From: an uncultured Gemmatimonadales bacterium | GTDB lineage: Bacteria; Gemmatimonadota; Gemmatimonadetes; Gemmatimonadales; JACORV01 | DNA: 64,000 nucleotides | Reading direction: 5' to 3' | Assembly: GCA_963812035.1 (NCBI GenBank) | Contig: CAWETG010000010.1 | Location: forward strand, 323,534-387,533 | Shown: one piece after another, positions 42,866 to 52,912 of the stretch | Layout of the letters: each line of letters starts with the position of its first letter | How positions within the stretch are numbered: position 1 is the first letter of the stretch | The notes under the pieces: generated by a model | Seen by the model: only the letters and a program-made list of their open reading frames with translations | Database searches by the model: none | What the model was told of the DNA's origin: nothing | Translations under genes and position numbers: made by a program

Positions 42866-43801
42866 ATGGAGACTCCCGAAATGAAACAGCTCAAGGTCGT
42901 GCTGGCCCTCATCATGCGGGACAACGACTATCAGCGCGAGCAGGCGTCGGTCGCGGAAGCAACCGCGCAACGCCTGGGAATCGGCCTGCAGGTGCTCTAC
43001 GCAGACAACGACGCCATCGCACAGACGAAGCAGATTCTGGCCGCGATTCACGCCGCAGCGCCCGATCGTCCTGACGCCGTCATCGCGGAACCGGTGGGCA
43101 CGGGGATGCTGGGTGTGGCCAGCGCCGCCGCCGACAACGGAATCGGATGGATCGTGCTCAATCGTGAGGCGGACTACCTGGCCCCATTGCGTCAGGGGTC
43201 GTCCGTGCCGATCGGGAGCATCGAATGCGACAACGCGGAGGTCGGGAGAATACAGGGCAGGCAGTTCGCCGCGCTCCTGCCCTCGGGCGGCACCGTCCTG
43301 TACATCGAGGGGCCCGCCACTGATGTCGCCAAGCAGCGCCGGGCCGGGCTGGATGAGACGCTACCGGCTAACATCAGGATTCAGTCGGGCCGGGGAAAAT
43401 GGACGGAGGAGAGCGCCTTTCAGGTCGTCGCGGCGCGGCTGCAGCTGCAGGGGCCGACGCCGCCGAGCATCGGGCTCATCGGGTGTCAGAACGATGCGAT
43501 GGCGATGGGTGCCCGGAAAGCGGTGGAAGCTCTGACGGCCGCCCAGCAACGGGCGCAATGGCTGAAGATGCCGTTCACCGGCGTGGACGGCGTTCCCACC
43601 AGTGGCCAGGTCTGGGTGCAGCAGCGACTGCTCGCCGCGACGGTCGTGATTCCCGCGCTGACCGGGGTGGCTCTCGAGTTGCTGGCGAAGGCGATCGCGA
43701 CCGGCACCCCAATGCCCGAGCACACCCTCACCAGACCGACCTCATATCCTCCGATCGAGGAGCTGCGCGGGAGAGTGTCGGCAGAGCCCGCGCGCGGCTG
43801 A
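42866..43801 (+). CDS. periplasmic-binding-protein/LacI-fold sugar-binding-like protein (no obvious signal peptide)
   Basis: 311 aa. Alternating beta-alpha pattern with VVLALIMRDNDYQ, GWIVLNR and GCQNDAMAMGA, typical of Peripla_BP_1/4 domains. Confidence 0.65.
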   Translation: METPEMKQLKVVLALIMRDNDYQREQASVAEATAQRLGIGLQVLYADNDAIAQTKQILAAIHAAAPDRPDAVIAEPVGTGMLGVASAAADNGIGWIVLNREADYLAPLRQGSSVPIGSIECDNAEVGRIQGRQFAALLPSGGTVLYIEGPATDVAKQRRAGLDETLPANIRIQSGRGKWTEESAFQVVAARLQLQGPTPPSIGLIGCQNDAMAMGARKAVEALTAAQQRAQWLKMPFTGVDGVPTSGQVWVQQRLLAATVVIPALTGVALELLAKAIATGTPMPEHTLTRPTSYPPIEELRGRVSAEPARG

Positions 43802-43863
43802 GCCCAGCGCCTGCCTGGCGGCGCCCGCAGCGCGCGAGCGCTCGCGGCTCGCCCGGGCACCGG

Positions 43864-45051
43864 TCACGGATGCACCTCGGCCGGCGCATGACTGGCAGGG
43901 CGCGCCGTCAAGTCGCTCAGGTGATCCAGGATGAAGACCACCGGACCCGGGCTGCCGTCTTCGTTCCACGCCTCGAACTCGGGCGCCCAGTACATCGCGC
44001 CGATCCCGCGCGGCGCCTTCCGGATCGTGTTGACCAGGTCCACCATGAACTGCAGGCGCCCAGCGGGCGTCTCGGGCCACACCATGTCCGGGTTCTCGGG
44101 CACGTGGGAGTGGCCGTAGCCCGTCTCCGCGACCAGGAAGTCCTTGTGGAAGCGCTGTGCGCAGCTATCCATGTTCTGCCACAGCTGCTCGAGCGTGCCG
44201 TGGCGCCACTCGGGGTAGAAGCTCTGCGCGATGATGTCGTAGTCCACGTGGGCCGCCTCGAGATGATCGAAGAACCACTTCGTCGTGGCCCAGTCCCCGC
44301 CCCGGTCGATGTGGATGGCGATCCGGGGCGGCGTGTCCCCCGCCCCCTCCCTCACGCCGCGGATCCCGGCCTTGAGCAGGCGCGTCAGATGGTCCCACTG
44401 CAGCGTCGAGTCGTATGGCTGCGGCGGCAGGTACTGGTTGTTGCCCGGGATCTGCAACTGCCCCGCGGGCCACAGCGTGCCGCGCGTGATCTCGTTGCCC
44501 ACCTGCACCCAGTCAGGCATCGCCCCGGCGTCCTTGAGCGCCCGGATCACGTCCCGGCTGTAGATCTCGACCTGCTGCTCAAGCGAGTCGAAGCTCAGGC
44601 CGCGCCAGGCGACAGGAATCTCCTGGTGCTGGGGATCGGCCCAGGTGTCGGAGTAGTGGATGTCGAGGAGGAAGATCGCCCCCGCGGCCTTGATGCGCCG
44701 GGCCAGGGGGATCGTGTTCTCGAGGGAGTTGTCGGGCGCCTCGCGGACCGGCGAGACGAACACACGCAGGCGGAACGCCGTCCAACCGTGGCGCTTGAGG
44801 ATGGTCAGCTCGTCGCCCGGCACGCCGTTCTCCTGGTAGGTGCGCAGGGGTCGCCCCACGCGCATCGGCGAGTCGAGGAAGGAGACGTCGGCGCCGAGCG
44901 ACGGCTGCGCCGTCCCTGCCTGCCCCGCGGGCGTCGGGGCCACTCGATTGGTCGCGGCGCGCGTACAGGCGGCGACGAGCAAGCCGGCGGCGACCCATCC
45001 GGCTGCCCGTAGCAGCCGGCGCTGTGAAACTGCGCGTTGCCAACGCATCAT
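43864..45051 (-). CDS. arabinogalactan endo-beta-1,4-galactanase (GH53), lipoprotein
   Basis: GADVSFL, FRLRVF, VQVGNEI (acid/base Glu) and LVAETG (nucleophile Glu) blocks. Signal/lipobox LLVAAC. Confidence 0.85.
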   Translation of the reverse strand: MMRWQRAVSQRRLLRAAGWVAAGLLVAACTRAATNRVAPTPAGQAGTAQPSLGADVSFLDSPMRVGRPLRTYQENGVPGDELTILKRHGWTAFRLRVFVSPVREAPDNSLENTIPLARRIKAAGAIFLLDIHYSDTWADPQHQEIPVAWRGLSFDSLEQQVEIYSRDVIRALKDAGAMPDWVQVGNEITRGTLWPAGQLQIPGNNQYLPPQPYDSTLQWDHLTRLLKAGIRGVREGAGDTPPRIAIHIDRGGDWATTKWFFDHLEAAHVDYDIIAQSFYPEWRHGTLEQLWQNMDSCAQRFHKDFLVAETGYGHSHVPENPDMVWPETPAGRLQFMVDLVNTIRKAPRGIGAMYWAPEFEAWNEDGSPGPVVFILDHLSDLTARPASHAPAEVHP

Positions 45052-45084
45052 GTCATTTCTCCGGTTACGTACCCTCGTTCACCA

Positions 45085-46488
45085 TCAGGCTGGAAGTGAC
45101 TCAGACCGTCCAATGTCGCGCGGAGAGCGCCTGAGGAACTGGCCGGCCCCGGCGCGGCCGACGAACGTGCCTCCCTCGATGACCCGCCGGCCCCGCGACC
45201 ACACCACCTCGGGCGCACCCTTCACCACCCGGCCCTCGTAGGGGTTGTAGTCCACCCGCATGTGGTGCGTCGCGGCGCTCCAGGTCATCTCCCGCTCGGG
45301 GTCCCAGACGACCAGGTCGGCGTCGGCGCCGGGCGCGATGGTGCCCTTGCGCGGATAGAGGCCGAAGAGCTTCGCCGGATTCGTCGCCGTCAGTTCAACG
45401 AACCGGCCGAGGGAGATCCGTCCTGCTCTGACACCCCCGTCGTACAGCAGGCTCATCCGCGTTTCGATGCCCGGGGCGCCGCCCGGGATCTTCGAAAAGT
45501 CATCCCGTCCGAGCGTCTTCTGGTCGCTCATCCGGAACGGGCAGTGGTCGGTGGCCACCACCTGCAGCTCGTCGGCTGCGAGCGCGCGCCACAGCCGCTC
45601 CTGTCCGGCGCGCGGCCTCAAGGGCGGGCTCATCACGTACTTCGCGCCCTCGAACCCCGGCTCGTCGTAGCGCTCGTCGGAGAGGAAGAGATACTGCGGG
45701 CAGGTTTCGGCCCGAACACCCGCACCGCGCCCACGCGCCGTCGCGATCTCCTCCACCGCCTCCGCGCAGGAGACGTGGACGATGTAGATCGGCGCCCCTG
45801 CCAGTTCGGCCAGGGCGATGGCCCGGTGTGTCGCCTCCGCCTCGGTGCGCGGCGGACGCGTCAGGGCGTGGTACTTCGGCGCGGTCTTCCCGTCCGCGCA
45901 GGCCTGCCGCACCAGCTCGTCGATCACGCCGCCGTTCTCGGCGTGCATCAGGATCATCCCGCCGTTCTCGGCGGTCCGCCGCAGCGCGCGGAAGATCATC
46001 TCGTCGTCGACCATCAGGCGGCCGGGGTACGCCATGAACAGCTTGAAGGTGGTGACGCCCTCCGCCACGAGCGCATCCATCTCCTCGAGCCCGGCGAGCG
46101 GCAGGTCCGTGACGATCAGATGGAAGCCGTAGTCCACGGCGGCCTTCCCGTCGGCCTTGCGCATCCACGTCTCCCACGCCTCGCGCATCGGCCGGCCGTG
46201 GGTCTGGACCGCGAAGTCCACGATCGACGTCGTGCCGCCGAACGCGGCGGCGATGGTGCCGGACTCGAAATCGTCGGCCGATACGATGTCGCCGAGGGGC
46301 ATGTCGAGGTGGGTGTGCACGTCGATGCCTCCGGGAAGGACGTATTTCCCCGCGGCATCGTAGATCGCTTCGGCGGTCGCCTCCAGCCGGGGGCCGACCT
46401 GCGCGATCCGCTCCCCCTCGATCAGCACGTCGGCGACCGACGCGCCAGTCGCGGTCACGACGGTGCCGTGACGGATGATCGTGCGCAT
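45085..46488 (-). CDS. dihydropyrimidinase / D-hydantoinase (HyuA-like cyclic amidohydrolase)
   Basis: Track ORF 45085..46878 trimmed to ATG 46488 (MRTIIRHGTVV). GGIDVHTHLDMP, TFKLFMAY (carboxylated Lys region), ILMHAENG, YIVHVS and ATDHCPF. Confidence 0.9.
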   Translation of the reverse strand: MRTIIRHGTVVTATGASVADVLIEGERIAQVGPRLEATAEAIYDAAGKYVLPGGIDVHTHLDMPLGDIVSADDFESGTIAAAFGGTTSIVDFAVQTHGRPMREAWETWMRKADGKAAVDYGFHLIVTDLPLAGLEEMDALVAEGVTTFKLFMAYPGRLMVDDEMIFRALRRTAENGGMILMHAENGGVIDELVRQACADGKTAPKYHALTRPPRTEAEATHRAIALAELAGAPIYIVHVSCAEAVEEIATARGRGAGVRAETCPQYLFLSDERYDEPGFEGAKYVMSPPLRPRAGQERLWRALAADELQVVATDHCPFRMSDQKTLGRDDFSKIPGGAPGIETRMSLLYDGGVRAGRISLGRFVELTATNPAKLFGLYPRKGTIAPGADADLVVWDPEREMTWSAATHHMRVDYNPYEGRVVKGAPEVVWSRGRRVIEGGTFVGRAGAGQFLRRSPRDIGRSESLPA

Positions 46489-46549
46489 GTCGAGCGGAAG
46501 CTCCCCCGCCGGAAGGGGCAGGTCAAGGGCGGGCGATGGCGGCCGTGCC

Positions 46550-48217
46550 CTACTCGCTGCTGCAGTTGCGGCCGGCGTTCTTGGCGCGGTACAGCGCGGC
46601 GTCGGCGGCGCCGACGAGCTGCTCTGAGGTCGGCCATTCCTCGCCCCCGTCGTAGCGGGCGATGCCGGCCGACAGCGTGACGGTGCGCGCGGCGCGTCCG
46701 ATGCCGATGGGGAGCGCCGACACCGCCGTTCGGAAGCGTTCCGCCGCCTGTTGGCCGCCCGCCGCGCCGGTCGCGGCGAGCACCGCGAGAAACTCCTCCC
46801 CCCCGTACCTTCCGAGCCAGTCCACGGCGCGGCCCGCGTCGGCCAGGCGGCGCCCCACCTCCGCCAGCACGCGGTCACCCCCCTGGTGGCCGACCGAGTC
46901 GTTCACGGCCTTGAAGTGGTCGATGTCGAGCATGATGACCGCGATGGGCTGGCGAACGCGCGCCGCACGCCGGATCTCTCGAGTCAGGGCGTCCATCACG
47001 ACCTCGCGGCGGTAGAGGCCCGTGAGCCGGTCGTACAGCGCGGTGGTCTGCGTATCGGCGAACCGTCCTGCCGTCGTGAGCGCGACGCTGAGGACGAAGG
47101 CGATCGCTCCGTACTGCACGATGATGGTCGAGCCGCCCCACTCGGGCATCCACCCCCAGGAGAGCGCGACGTCGTGGAGCACGGCGAGCGCGAGCGCCAC
47201 GCTGCCCCAGAACAGCGTCGTGGCGTGGCGCAGATCCCGGTGCCGCGCGGCAATCGACAGCGCGACCAGCGCGGTGACACCGACCAGGATGCCCGTGTTG
47301 TACAGGTATTGCTCCACCCAGCGCACCTGGGTCCAGTCGGGGAGCAGGAGCGCGAGTGGCACCACGAAGCCGAAGTAGGCGCCCAGTGCGCCGGCGGTCC
47401 GCGCCGCGAGGCTCTCCGCCTCGATCTCGAAGATCCCGCGAACCCCGAGCGCCAGTGCCGCGGTCGCGGCGGCGCCGAGCGCGACGTACAGGCGGAACCA
47501 GTCCACGGCCTGGGAGAGCGCCAGCCGCACCGACGGCATCCAGTTGACGAAGAAGAGCGCGAGCGCCGTGCAGAACAGGAACACGTACAGGTGTTCGCGC
47601 GCCTCGTGGCGGCGCGCCCAGAAGAAGAGCTGGTAGACGGCGAGGCCGACGAACAGCACCGCGGTGCCGAGCATGTAGAGATCGTCGCGGCGCGTTCCCG
47701 AGAGCAGGTGCGACAGCGGCTCGATGGCCGCGGCTTCCAGCGGCCGGGGGCTGTTTTCGACCGAGTAGACGCGGATGGCGACGACGTGCGAGCCCGGTGA
47801 CAGGCTCGGCAGCGGAATGGCGAACGGGACGGGGATCATGGTGCGGGCGCGATAGTCGGGCGGGAAGTCGCCGACGCCCCCCAGGCGCGTGCCGTCGACG
47901 TACACCTCGAAAGCCATTCCGGTGGCGCGCACCTCCAGCCCCAGCTGGGCCACGGGCGTCCGGTCGAGCACAAACCGGCCGCGGTACCAGACGAAGCCGC
48001 GCACACTGGCGGCGCCCGTGCGGCTCCACGGCGCCGGCAGCGTCGCCATCTCCCATCGCGCGTCGTCGTAGCCAGGGGTGGCGTACGCGACCGAGTCGCC
48101 GGCGTGGAACCGCCACGGCCCCTCGAGCGCCACGGTGCCCGCCGACGGGACGACCCAGCGCGCCTGGAGCAACAGGGCCACCAGCAGGGGAGACATGGCC
48201 GGCAAAGCTACCATCAA
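46550..48217 (-). CDS. diguanylate cyclase with 7TMR-DISM-type sensor (extracellular domain + 7 TM + GGDEF)
   Basis: 555 aa. N-terminal secreted beta-domain, seven hydrophobic segments, C-terminal [11 protein letters not shown]...RYGGEEF. Confidence 0.9.
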   Translation of the reverse strand: MMVALPAMSPLLVALLLQARWVVPSAGTVALEGPWRFHAGDSVAYATPGYDDARWEMATLPAPWSRTGAASVRGFVWYRGRFVLDRTPVAQLGLEVRATGMAFEVYVDGTRLGGVGDFPPDYRARTMIPVPFAIPLPSLSPGSHVVAIRVYSVENSPRPLEAAAIEPLSHLLSGTRRDDLYMLGTAVLFVGLAVYQLFFWARRHEAREHLYVFLFCTALALFFVNWMPSVRLALSQAVDWFRLYVALGAAATAALALGVRGIFEIEAESLAARTAGALGAYFGFVVPLALLLPDWTQVRWVEQYLYNTGILVGVTALVALSIAARHRDLRHATTLFWGSVALALAVLHDVALSWGWMPEWGGSTIIVQYGAIAFVLSVALTTAGRFADTQTTALYDRLTGLYRREVVMDALTREIRRAARVRQPIAVIMLDIDHFKAVNDSVGHQGGDRVLAEVGRRLADAGRAVDWLGRYGGEEFLAVLAATGAAGGQQAAERFRTAVSALPIGIGRAARTVTLSAGIARYDGGEEWPTSEQLVGAADAALYRAKNAGRNCSSE

Positions 48218-48297
48218 CGGGACGCTCCGGCGAGCGCGGCCGGACCGGGCCGAGCGGCTGCGCCAACCAGCTTGCGGCGCGCTATCTTACACCCACC

Positions 48298-50145
48298 ATG
48301 ACCACACCTACGATTGCCCCGCGGGTGACCGAACGGGAGGCGCGCGACGTTGCCGAGGCTGCGCGCGAGACCGAGTGGCACGCCCCCAGCTTCCTGGCCG
48401 AGCTGTTCGCCGGCCGCTTGCGGATGGGCCTGATTCATCCTCATCCCGAGCCGTCGGCCGAGGACGAGGCCCGCGCCGGCCCCTTCCTGCAGACCCTCGA
48501 GCAGTTCCTGCGGGAGAAGGTGGACGGCGATGCCATCGACCGGAACAGCGAAGTCCCGCCCGACGTGGTGCAGGGCCTGAAGGACATCGGCGCGTTCGGC
48601 ATCAAGATCCCGCGTGAATACGGAGGCCTCGGCCTCTCGCAGCTGCACTACACGAGGGCCATCGCGATGGTCTCGAGCGTCTGCGGCTCGACCGTCGCGC
48701 TGCTGTCGGCGCACCAGTCCATCGGGGTCCCGGGCCCGCTCAAGGTCTTCGGCACGCCGGAGCAGAAGAAAAAGTACCTCCCGCGCCTGGCCAAGGGTGC
48801 CATCTCCGCCTTCGCCCTGACGGAGCCGGGCGTCGGCTCCGATCCCGCGGCGATGGAGACGATGGCCGTGCCCACCGAGGACGGCCAGGCGTACATCCTC
48901 AACGGCGAGAAGCTGTGGATCACGAACGGCACCATCTGCGAGCTGATGGTCGTGATGGCGCGGACGCCGTCGGTGGTCGTGAAGGGCAAGGAGCGACGGC
49001 AGATCACGGCGTTCATCGTCGAGGCCGCCTGGCCGGGCGTCGAAGTGGTGCGCCGCTGCGACTTCATGGGACTCAAGGGCATCGAGAACGCGGTGCTGCG
49101 CTTCACCAACGTGCGCGTGCCGCGCGAGAACGTACTGTGGGGCGAGGGCAAGGGGCTCAAGCTCGCCCTGATCACGCTCAACACCGGGCGGCTGACGCTG
49201 CCGGCTTCGTCGGTCGCGGCGGCCAAGCGCTGCCTCGAGATCTCGCGCCAGTGGTCGAACCAGCGGGTGCAATGGGGCCAGCCGGTCGGCAAGCACGATG
49301 CCGTCGCGCAGATGATCGGCCGGATGGCCGCCGACACGTTTGCGCTCGAGGCGGTGTCCGAACTGTGCTCGACGCTGGCCGACAAGGGTGGCTACGACAT
49401 CCGGCTCGAGGCCGCGATCGCGAAGCTCTACAACTCGGAGCACGCGTGGCGGATCGTGGACGACACGGTGCAGATCCGCGGCGGGCGCGGCTACGAGACC
49501 GCGCAATCGCTCAAGGCGCGCGGAGAAATCCCGTGGCCGGTCGAGCGCATCATGCGCGACTTCCGCATCAACCTGATCTTCGAGGGCAGCTCGGAGATCA
49601 TGCACCTGTTCATCGCCCGCGAGGCGGTGGACCGGCACCTCAAGATCGCCGGGCCGCTCCTCGACCCGCGCACGCCGCTCGGGGCGAAGGCCGGTGCCCT
49701 GCTCAAGACGGCGGCCTTCTACGCGACCTGGTATCCGAGTCGCTACTTCGGCTGGGGCCGCTGGCCGCGCTTCGCCGGCTTCGGGCGCCTCGCCGGCCAC
49801 GTGCGCTTCGCCGAGCGGATGAGCCGCAAGCTGGCGCGCACCACCTTCCACGCCATGGTCCGCTTCGGTCCGCGGCTCGAGAAGCGGCAGTCGGTGCTGT
49901 TCCGGCTGGTCGACGTCGGGGCGGACCTGTTCGCCATGGCCGCCGCGTGCTCGCGAGCGGAGATGCTGCGCAAGAAGGGGCAACCGGAGGCTGTGGAGCT
50001 GGCGGATCTGTTCTGCCGTTATGCCCGGCGGCGCGTCCGGGAGACGTTCCGCACGGTGTTCGACAACGAAGACGCCCGGACCTACGCCCTGGCCCGGGCG
50101 GTGCTGGAGGGGAAGCACACCTGGCTTGAACAAGGCATGGTTTGA
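48298..50145 (+). CDS. acyl-CoA dehydrogenase family protein (long form with C-terminal extension)
   Basis: Track ORF 47797..50145 trimmed to ATG 48298. [22 protein letters not shown] and IFEGSSEI blocks. Confidence 0.9.
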   Translation: MTTPTIAPRVTEREARDVAEAARETEWHAPSFLAELFAGRLRMGLIHPHPEPSAEDEARAGPFLQTLEQFLREKVDGDAIDRNSEVPPDVVQGLKDIGAFGIKIPREYGGLGLSQLHYTRAIAMVSSVCGSTVALLSAHQSIGVPGPLKVFGTPEQKKKYLPRLAKGAISAFALTEPGVGSDPAAMETMAVPTEDGQAYILNGEKLWITNGTICELMVVMARTPSVVVKGKERRQITAFIVEAAWPGVEVVRRCDFMGLKGIENAVLRFTNVRVPRENVLWGEGKGLKLALITLNTGRLTLPASSVAAAKRCLEISRQWSNQRVQWGQPVGKHDAVAQMIGRMAADTFALEAVSELCSTLADKGGYDIRLEAAIAKLYNSEHAWRIVDDTVQIRGGRGYETAQSLKARGEIPWPVERIMRDFRINLIFEGSSEIMHLFIAREAVDRHLKIAGPLLDPRTPLGAKAGALLKTAAFYATWYPSRYFGWGRWPRFAGFGRLAGHVRFAERMSRKLARTTFHAMVRFGPRLEKRQSVLFRLVDVGADLFAMAAACSRAEMLRKKGQPEAVELADLFCRYARRRVRETFRTVFDNEDARTYALARAVLEGKHTWLEQGMV

Positions 50146-50163
50146 GGAGACCAGCGACGACGA

Positions 50164-50267
50164 CGGGGAGGTGAGAAGGTGATGCATGTGATGAGGTGAC
50201 GAGGTGAGTTGCGCGCACCATCATCACCTCCTCACATCATCACCTCCATCACTTCATCACCTCCCCG
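50164..50267. repeat. hairpin of tandem GGTGAKGA-type repeats between convergent genes (putative bidirectional terminator)
   Basis: cggggaggtgagaaggtgatgcatgtgatgaggtgacgaggtgag ... tcatcacctcctcacatcatcacctccatcacttcatcacctccccg. It has the same base (CGGGGAGGTGA...TCACCTCCCCG) as 51044-51166. Confidence 0.8.
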
Positions 50268-50275
50268 TCCGGTCA

Positions 50276-50713
50276 TCATCGCCCCCGGCCAAGTTCCAGC
50301 TTGATCGCCGTGAGCGAGTGGTTCACGTCCCGCAGGAACGACAGCAGCGACGCGACCAGCGAGATCATGCAGCAGGCGAAAAGCACCACGACCACGACCA
50401 CCGCCTCCCACCGAAGCACGGCGGCGAGGAACAGCGTGATCACGAGCGCGGCGGCGAAGAGCAGGCTCACCACCGCCAGGACGATCGCCCGGCGCATGTC
50501 GACGGCGCGCGCCGAGAGCACGGAAATCTGCGCCTCCACGCCCTCCATTTCCTGCTCCGTCGCCGTGTGCCGCACACCCGAAAGCAGTCGCGCGCGGTCG
50601 ATCAAGCGGCCGAGACGGTTGGTCATGGACAGGAGCAACAGCCCGATCCCCGAGATGAGAATCACGGGGCCCAGGGCGATCTGCAGAACCGGCGCAATCT
50701 CGCGAAGTGTCAT
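50276..50713 (-). CDS. DUF2721-like membrane protein
   Basis: 145 aa. Two TM pairs flank an amphipathic linker; the ...ISGIGLLLLSMTNRLGRLIDRAR... pattern is as in DUF2721. Confidence 0.6.
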   Translation of the reverse strand: MTLREIAPVLQIALGPVILISGIGLLLLSMTNRLGRLIDRARLLSGVRHTATEQEMEGVEAQISVLSARAVDMRRAIVLAVVSLLFAAALVITLFLAAVLRWEAVVVVVVLFACCMISLVASLLSFLRDVNHSLTAIKLELGRGR

Positions 50714-50796
50714 CGCTCAGCCCGTGCCCTCGATTCCCCGGTCACCGTAGCGTTCGCCGACGCGCGCGCGGTGCGCAGTCCGGCTCGATCGACACG

Positions 50797-50964
50797 TCAG
50801 AACTCGCGCTTCTTCATCTCTTCGAAGAAGCGCTTCGGATCCTCCGCATCCTCCGACTCGACCTGCAGGGTGTCGTCGTACTTGCGCCGCTTCACGGCCT
50901 TCTGGGTGACCTGCTTGGCGGCGTTCTTCTTGGCCAGCGCTTCCAGCTTCTTCAGGTCGATCAC
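50797..50964 (-). CDS. candidate 55-aa highly charged small protein
   Basis: Below the track size cutoff. GTG 50964 with GGAGG 7 nt upstream. My translation is VIDLKKLEALAKKNAAKQVTQKAVKRRKYDDTLQVESEDAEDPKRFFEEMKKREF. Confidence 0.35.
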   Translation of the reverse strand: MIDLKKLEALAKKNAAKQVTQKAVKRRKYDDTLQVESEDAEDPKRFFEEMKKREF

Positions 50965-51043
50965 GAGACCTCCATTCGGATACTGGAGGAAGATACTGCG
51001 AACTTCGTGCCGACGCAGAGGGGGCGCTGGGTTGGGGCCCTTA

Positions 51044-51166
51044 CGGGGAGGTGATGACGTGATGAAGGAGATGAGGTGATGATGTGAGACGGCGCATCAT
51101 CACTTCATCACATCATCACTTCATCACTTCATCACATCATCACTCCATCACTTCATCACCTCCCCG
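51044..51166. repeat. hairpin of tandem GTGATGA/CATCACTT repeats downstream of the M28 peptidase gene
   Basis: cggggaggtgatgacgtgatgaaggagatgaggtgatgatgtgag ... (atcatcacttcatcac)n ... cttcatcacctccccg. The right arm has roughly twice as many units as the left. Confidence 0.8.
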
Positions 51167-51173
51167 TGGTGCT

Positions 51174-52745
51174 TCAGAATCCCTGTCTCACCGGCACCGG
51201 CCCCTTGGGCATCATCTCGTCCCGGTTGGCCAGCTCGTACACGGTCCACGCCACCACAGTGGCGGCCTGCTTCAGGTCGCCGATCTCCAGCCGCTCGTAG
51301 GTATCCAGGTTCGAATGGTGGGTGCGAATGCCGTACTCGATCGGGTCCTGGATGTAGTTGAAGCCGGGGACGCCGGCCGCCACGAACGACTGGTGATCGG
51401 TACCGCCCGTATTGCCGTGCTTCACGACCACCAGGCCCAGGTCCTGGTAGGGCGTAAAGATCTGCTGGAAGATCGGGATCGCCAGGCTGTCCATCTGATC
51501 CCAGATCCCGCGCAGCTTGCCGGTCCCGTTATCCACGTTCAGGTACGCCGAGATCTGGCCCAACTCGGACGCGTGCTTCCTGACGTAGGCACGGGAGCCC
51601 AGGAGCCCCTCCTCTTCCCCGCTCCACAGCCCGATCCGCACGGTGCGCCGCATCGGCAGATTCAGCGCGCGGAGAATCCGGATCGCCTCCATCATCACCA
51701 CTGTGCCGGCGCCGTTGTCCGTCGCTCCGGTGCCGCCGTGCCAGCTGTCGAGGTGGCCGCCAACCATCACCACCTCGTTGGCCTTGTCGGTGCCCGGGAT
51801 CTCCGCCAGCGCGTTGTACGACATGAGATCGTCGCTGAGGAAGCGGTTCTGCACGTTCACTTCGAGCCGCACCGCACGGCCTGCCTTCACGTTGCGGTAC
51901 ATCGTGCCGTATTCCTCGTGCTGCACGAGCAGCGCGGGCAGCGGCTCGTAGTTCACGCTGTCGCGCGCCGGCCCCGCCTCCGGGCCGCCCTGCACCAACA
52001 GGATCCCGTAGGTCCAGTTCGACGGCTGCAGGATCACGGCCGGCTGCTGGGCCCGGAGCCAGGAGTTGATGCGCGCCGCGACGGCCCGCATCTGTTGCAT
52101 CCGCTCCCTTCGCTGCTCGGGCGTCAGGTTCGCCATCGGCCCCTGCGGCGCGCGGGGCGGCGCCGGGGGCGCCAGCAGCGAATCGACGCTGAACCGCCGC
52201 ACGATGGGTTCGAACTCCGGCGGGATCTCGCGGGGCGCGCCGCGCAGCACGCAGGCACCCTTGAGCTTGCCGGCGTACTGGGCCAGCTGCGTCGTGTCCT
52301 GCACATCCAGCAGCACCACCGGGCAGGTAATAGTGCCCCGGGTGCTGCCGCTCCAGGCCAGGGGCTGCGCGCTCAGCGGCTCGACGAACGGCTCGAGGAT
52401 CCGGCCCGCGTAGGTCACGCGCTCCCAGCCGCGGCCGAAGCTGGAATCCCACGGCTCGATGGCGACGTTTGCGAGCCCCCACTGCCGGAACAACTGGGTC
52501 ACCCACTCGTCGGCGCGGTGCATCCCGGTGGAGCCGGTGAGCCGGGGGCCGATGACGTCGGTGAGGTACTCGGCGAGCGAGTCGATGTGGGAGCGGTTGA
52601 GCCCCTCGTCGCGGATCCGTTGGGCGACCGCGAGGTCCAGGTGCTCCTGGACCGTGGCCGGGGCCGGCTGCTGTGCCGCGAGCGGGAGAGCCGCGGCGAC
52701 CGTCATCAGCGCCGCAACGGCGCTGGTACGAATCGCTAGGTGCAT
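51174..52745 (-). CDS. M28-family aminopeptidase with PA domain, secreted
   Basis: 523 aa with a signal peptide. HLDSWHGGTGATDNGAG, WSGEEEGLLGS and GGTDHQSF zinc-ligand blocks. Confidence 0.9.
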   Translation of the reverse strand: MHLAIRTSAVAALMTVAAALPLAAQQPAPATVQEHLDLAVAQRIRDEGLNRSHIDSLAEYLTDVIGPRLTGSTGMHRADEWVTQLFRQWGLANVAIEPWDSSFGRGWERVTYAGRILEPFVEPLSAQPLAWSGSTRGTITCPVVLLDVQDTTQLAQYAGKLKGACVLRGAPREIPPEFEPIVRRFSVDSLLAPPAPPRAPQGPMANLTPEQRRERMQQMRAVAARINSWLRAQQPAVILQPSNWTYGILLVQGGPEAGPARDSVNYEPLPALLVQHEEYGTMYRNVKAGRAVRLEVNVQNRFLSDDLMSYNALAEIPGTDKANEVVMVGGHLDSWHGGTGATDNGAGTVVMMEAIRILRALNLPMRRTVRIGLWSGEEEGLLGSRAYVRKHASELGQISAYLNVDNGTGKLRGIWDQMDSLAIPIFQQIFTPYQDLGLVVVKHGNTGGTDHQSFVAAGVPGFNYIQDPIEYGIRTHHSNLDTYERLEIGDLKQAATVVAWTVYELANRDEMMPKGPVPVRQGF

Positions 52746-52912
52746 GACGTCACTCCTGGTTGGCGACGCTGGTGGGCCTCCGAGAAGCAGCGGCGCAGCC
52801 GTGCCGGCACGCCGCCTCCGAACATACGCACCGCGCAGTGGCGGCGTTGCGGGCGGCGGAAGGCGGCGCAGCGGGAGCGCCGCACCGGCTCAGGAAGCGG
52901 GCCCCGTGGCCC

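Noticed and set aside
43802-43863. A further attC relic after the PBP-fold gene.
   Set aside because: Only an 11-nt echo (ccagcgcctgc) of the attC 5' end is present, and the segment is dominated by a perfect GC palindrome (cgcgagcgctcgcg) between convergent genes. It is more simply a terminator. It is kept only as a remark in the relic finding.
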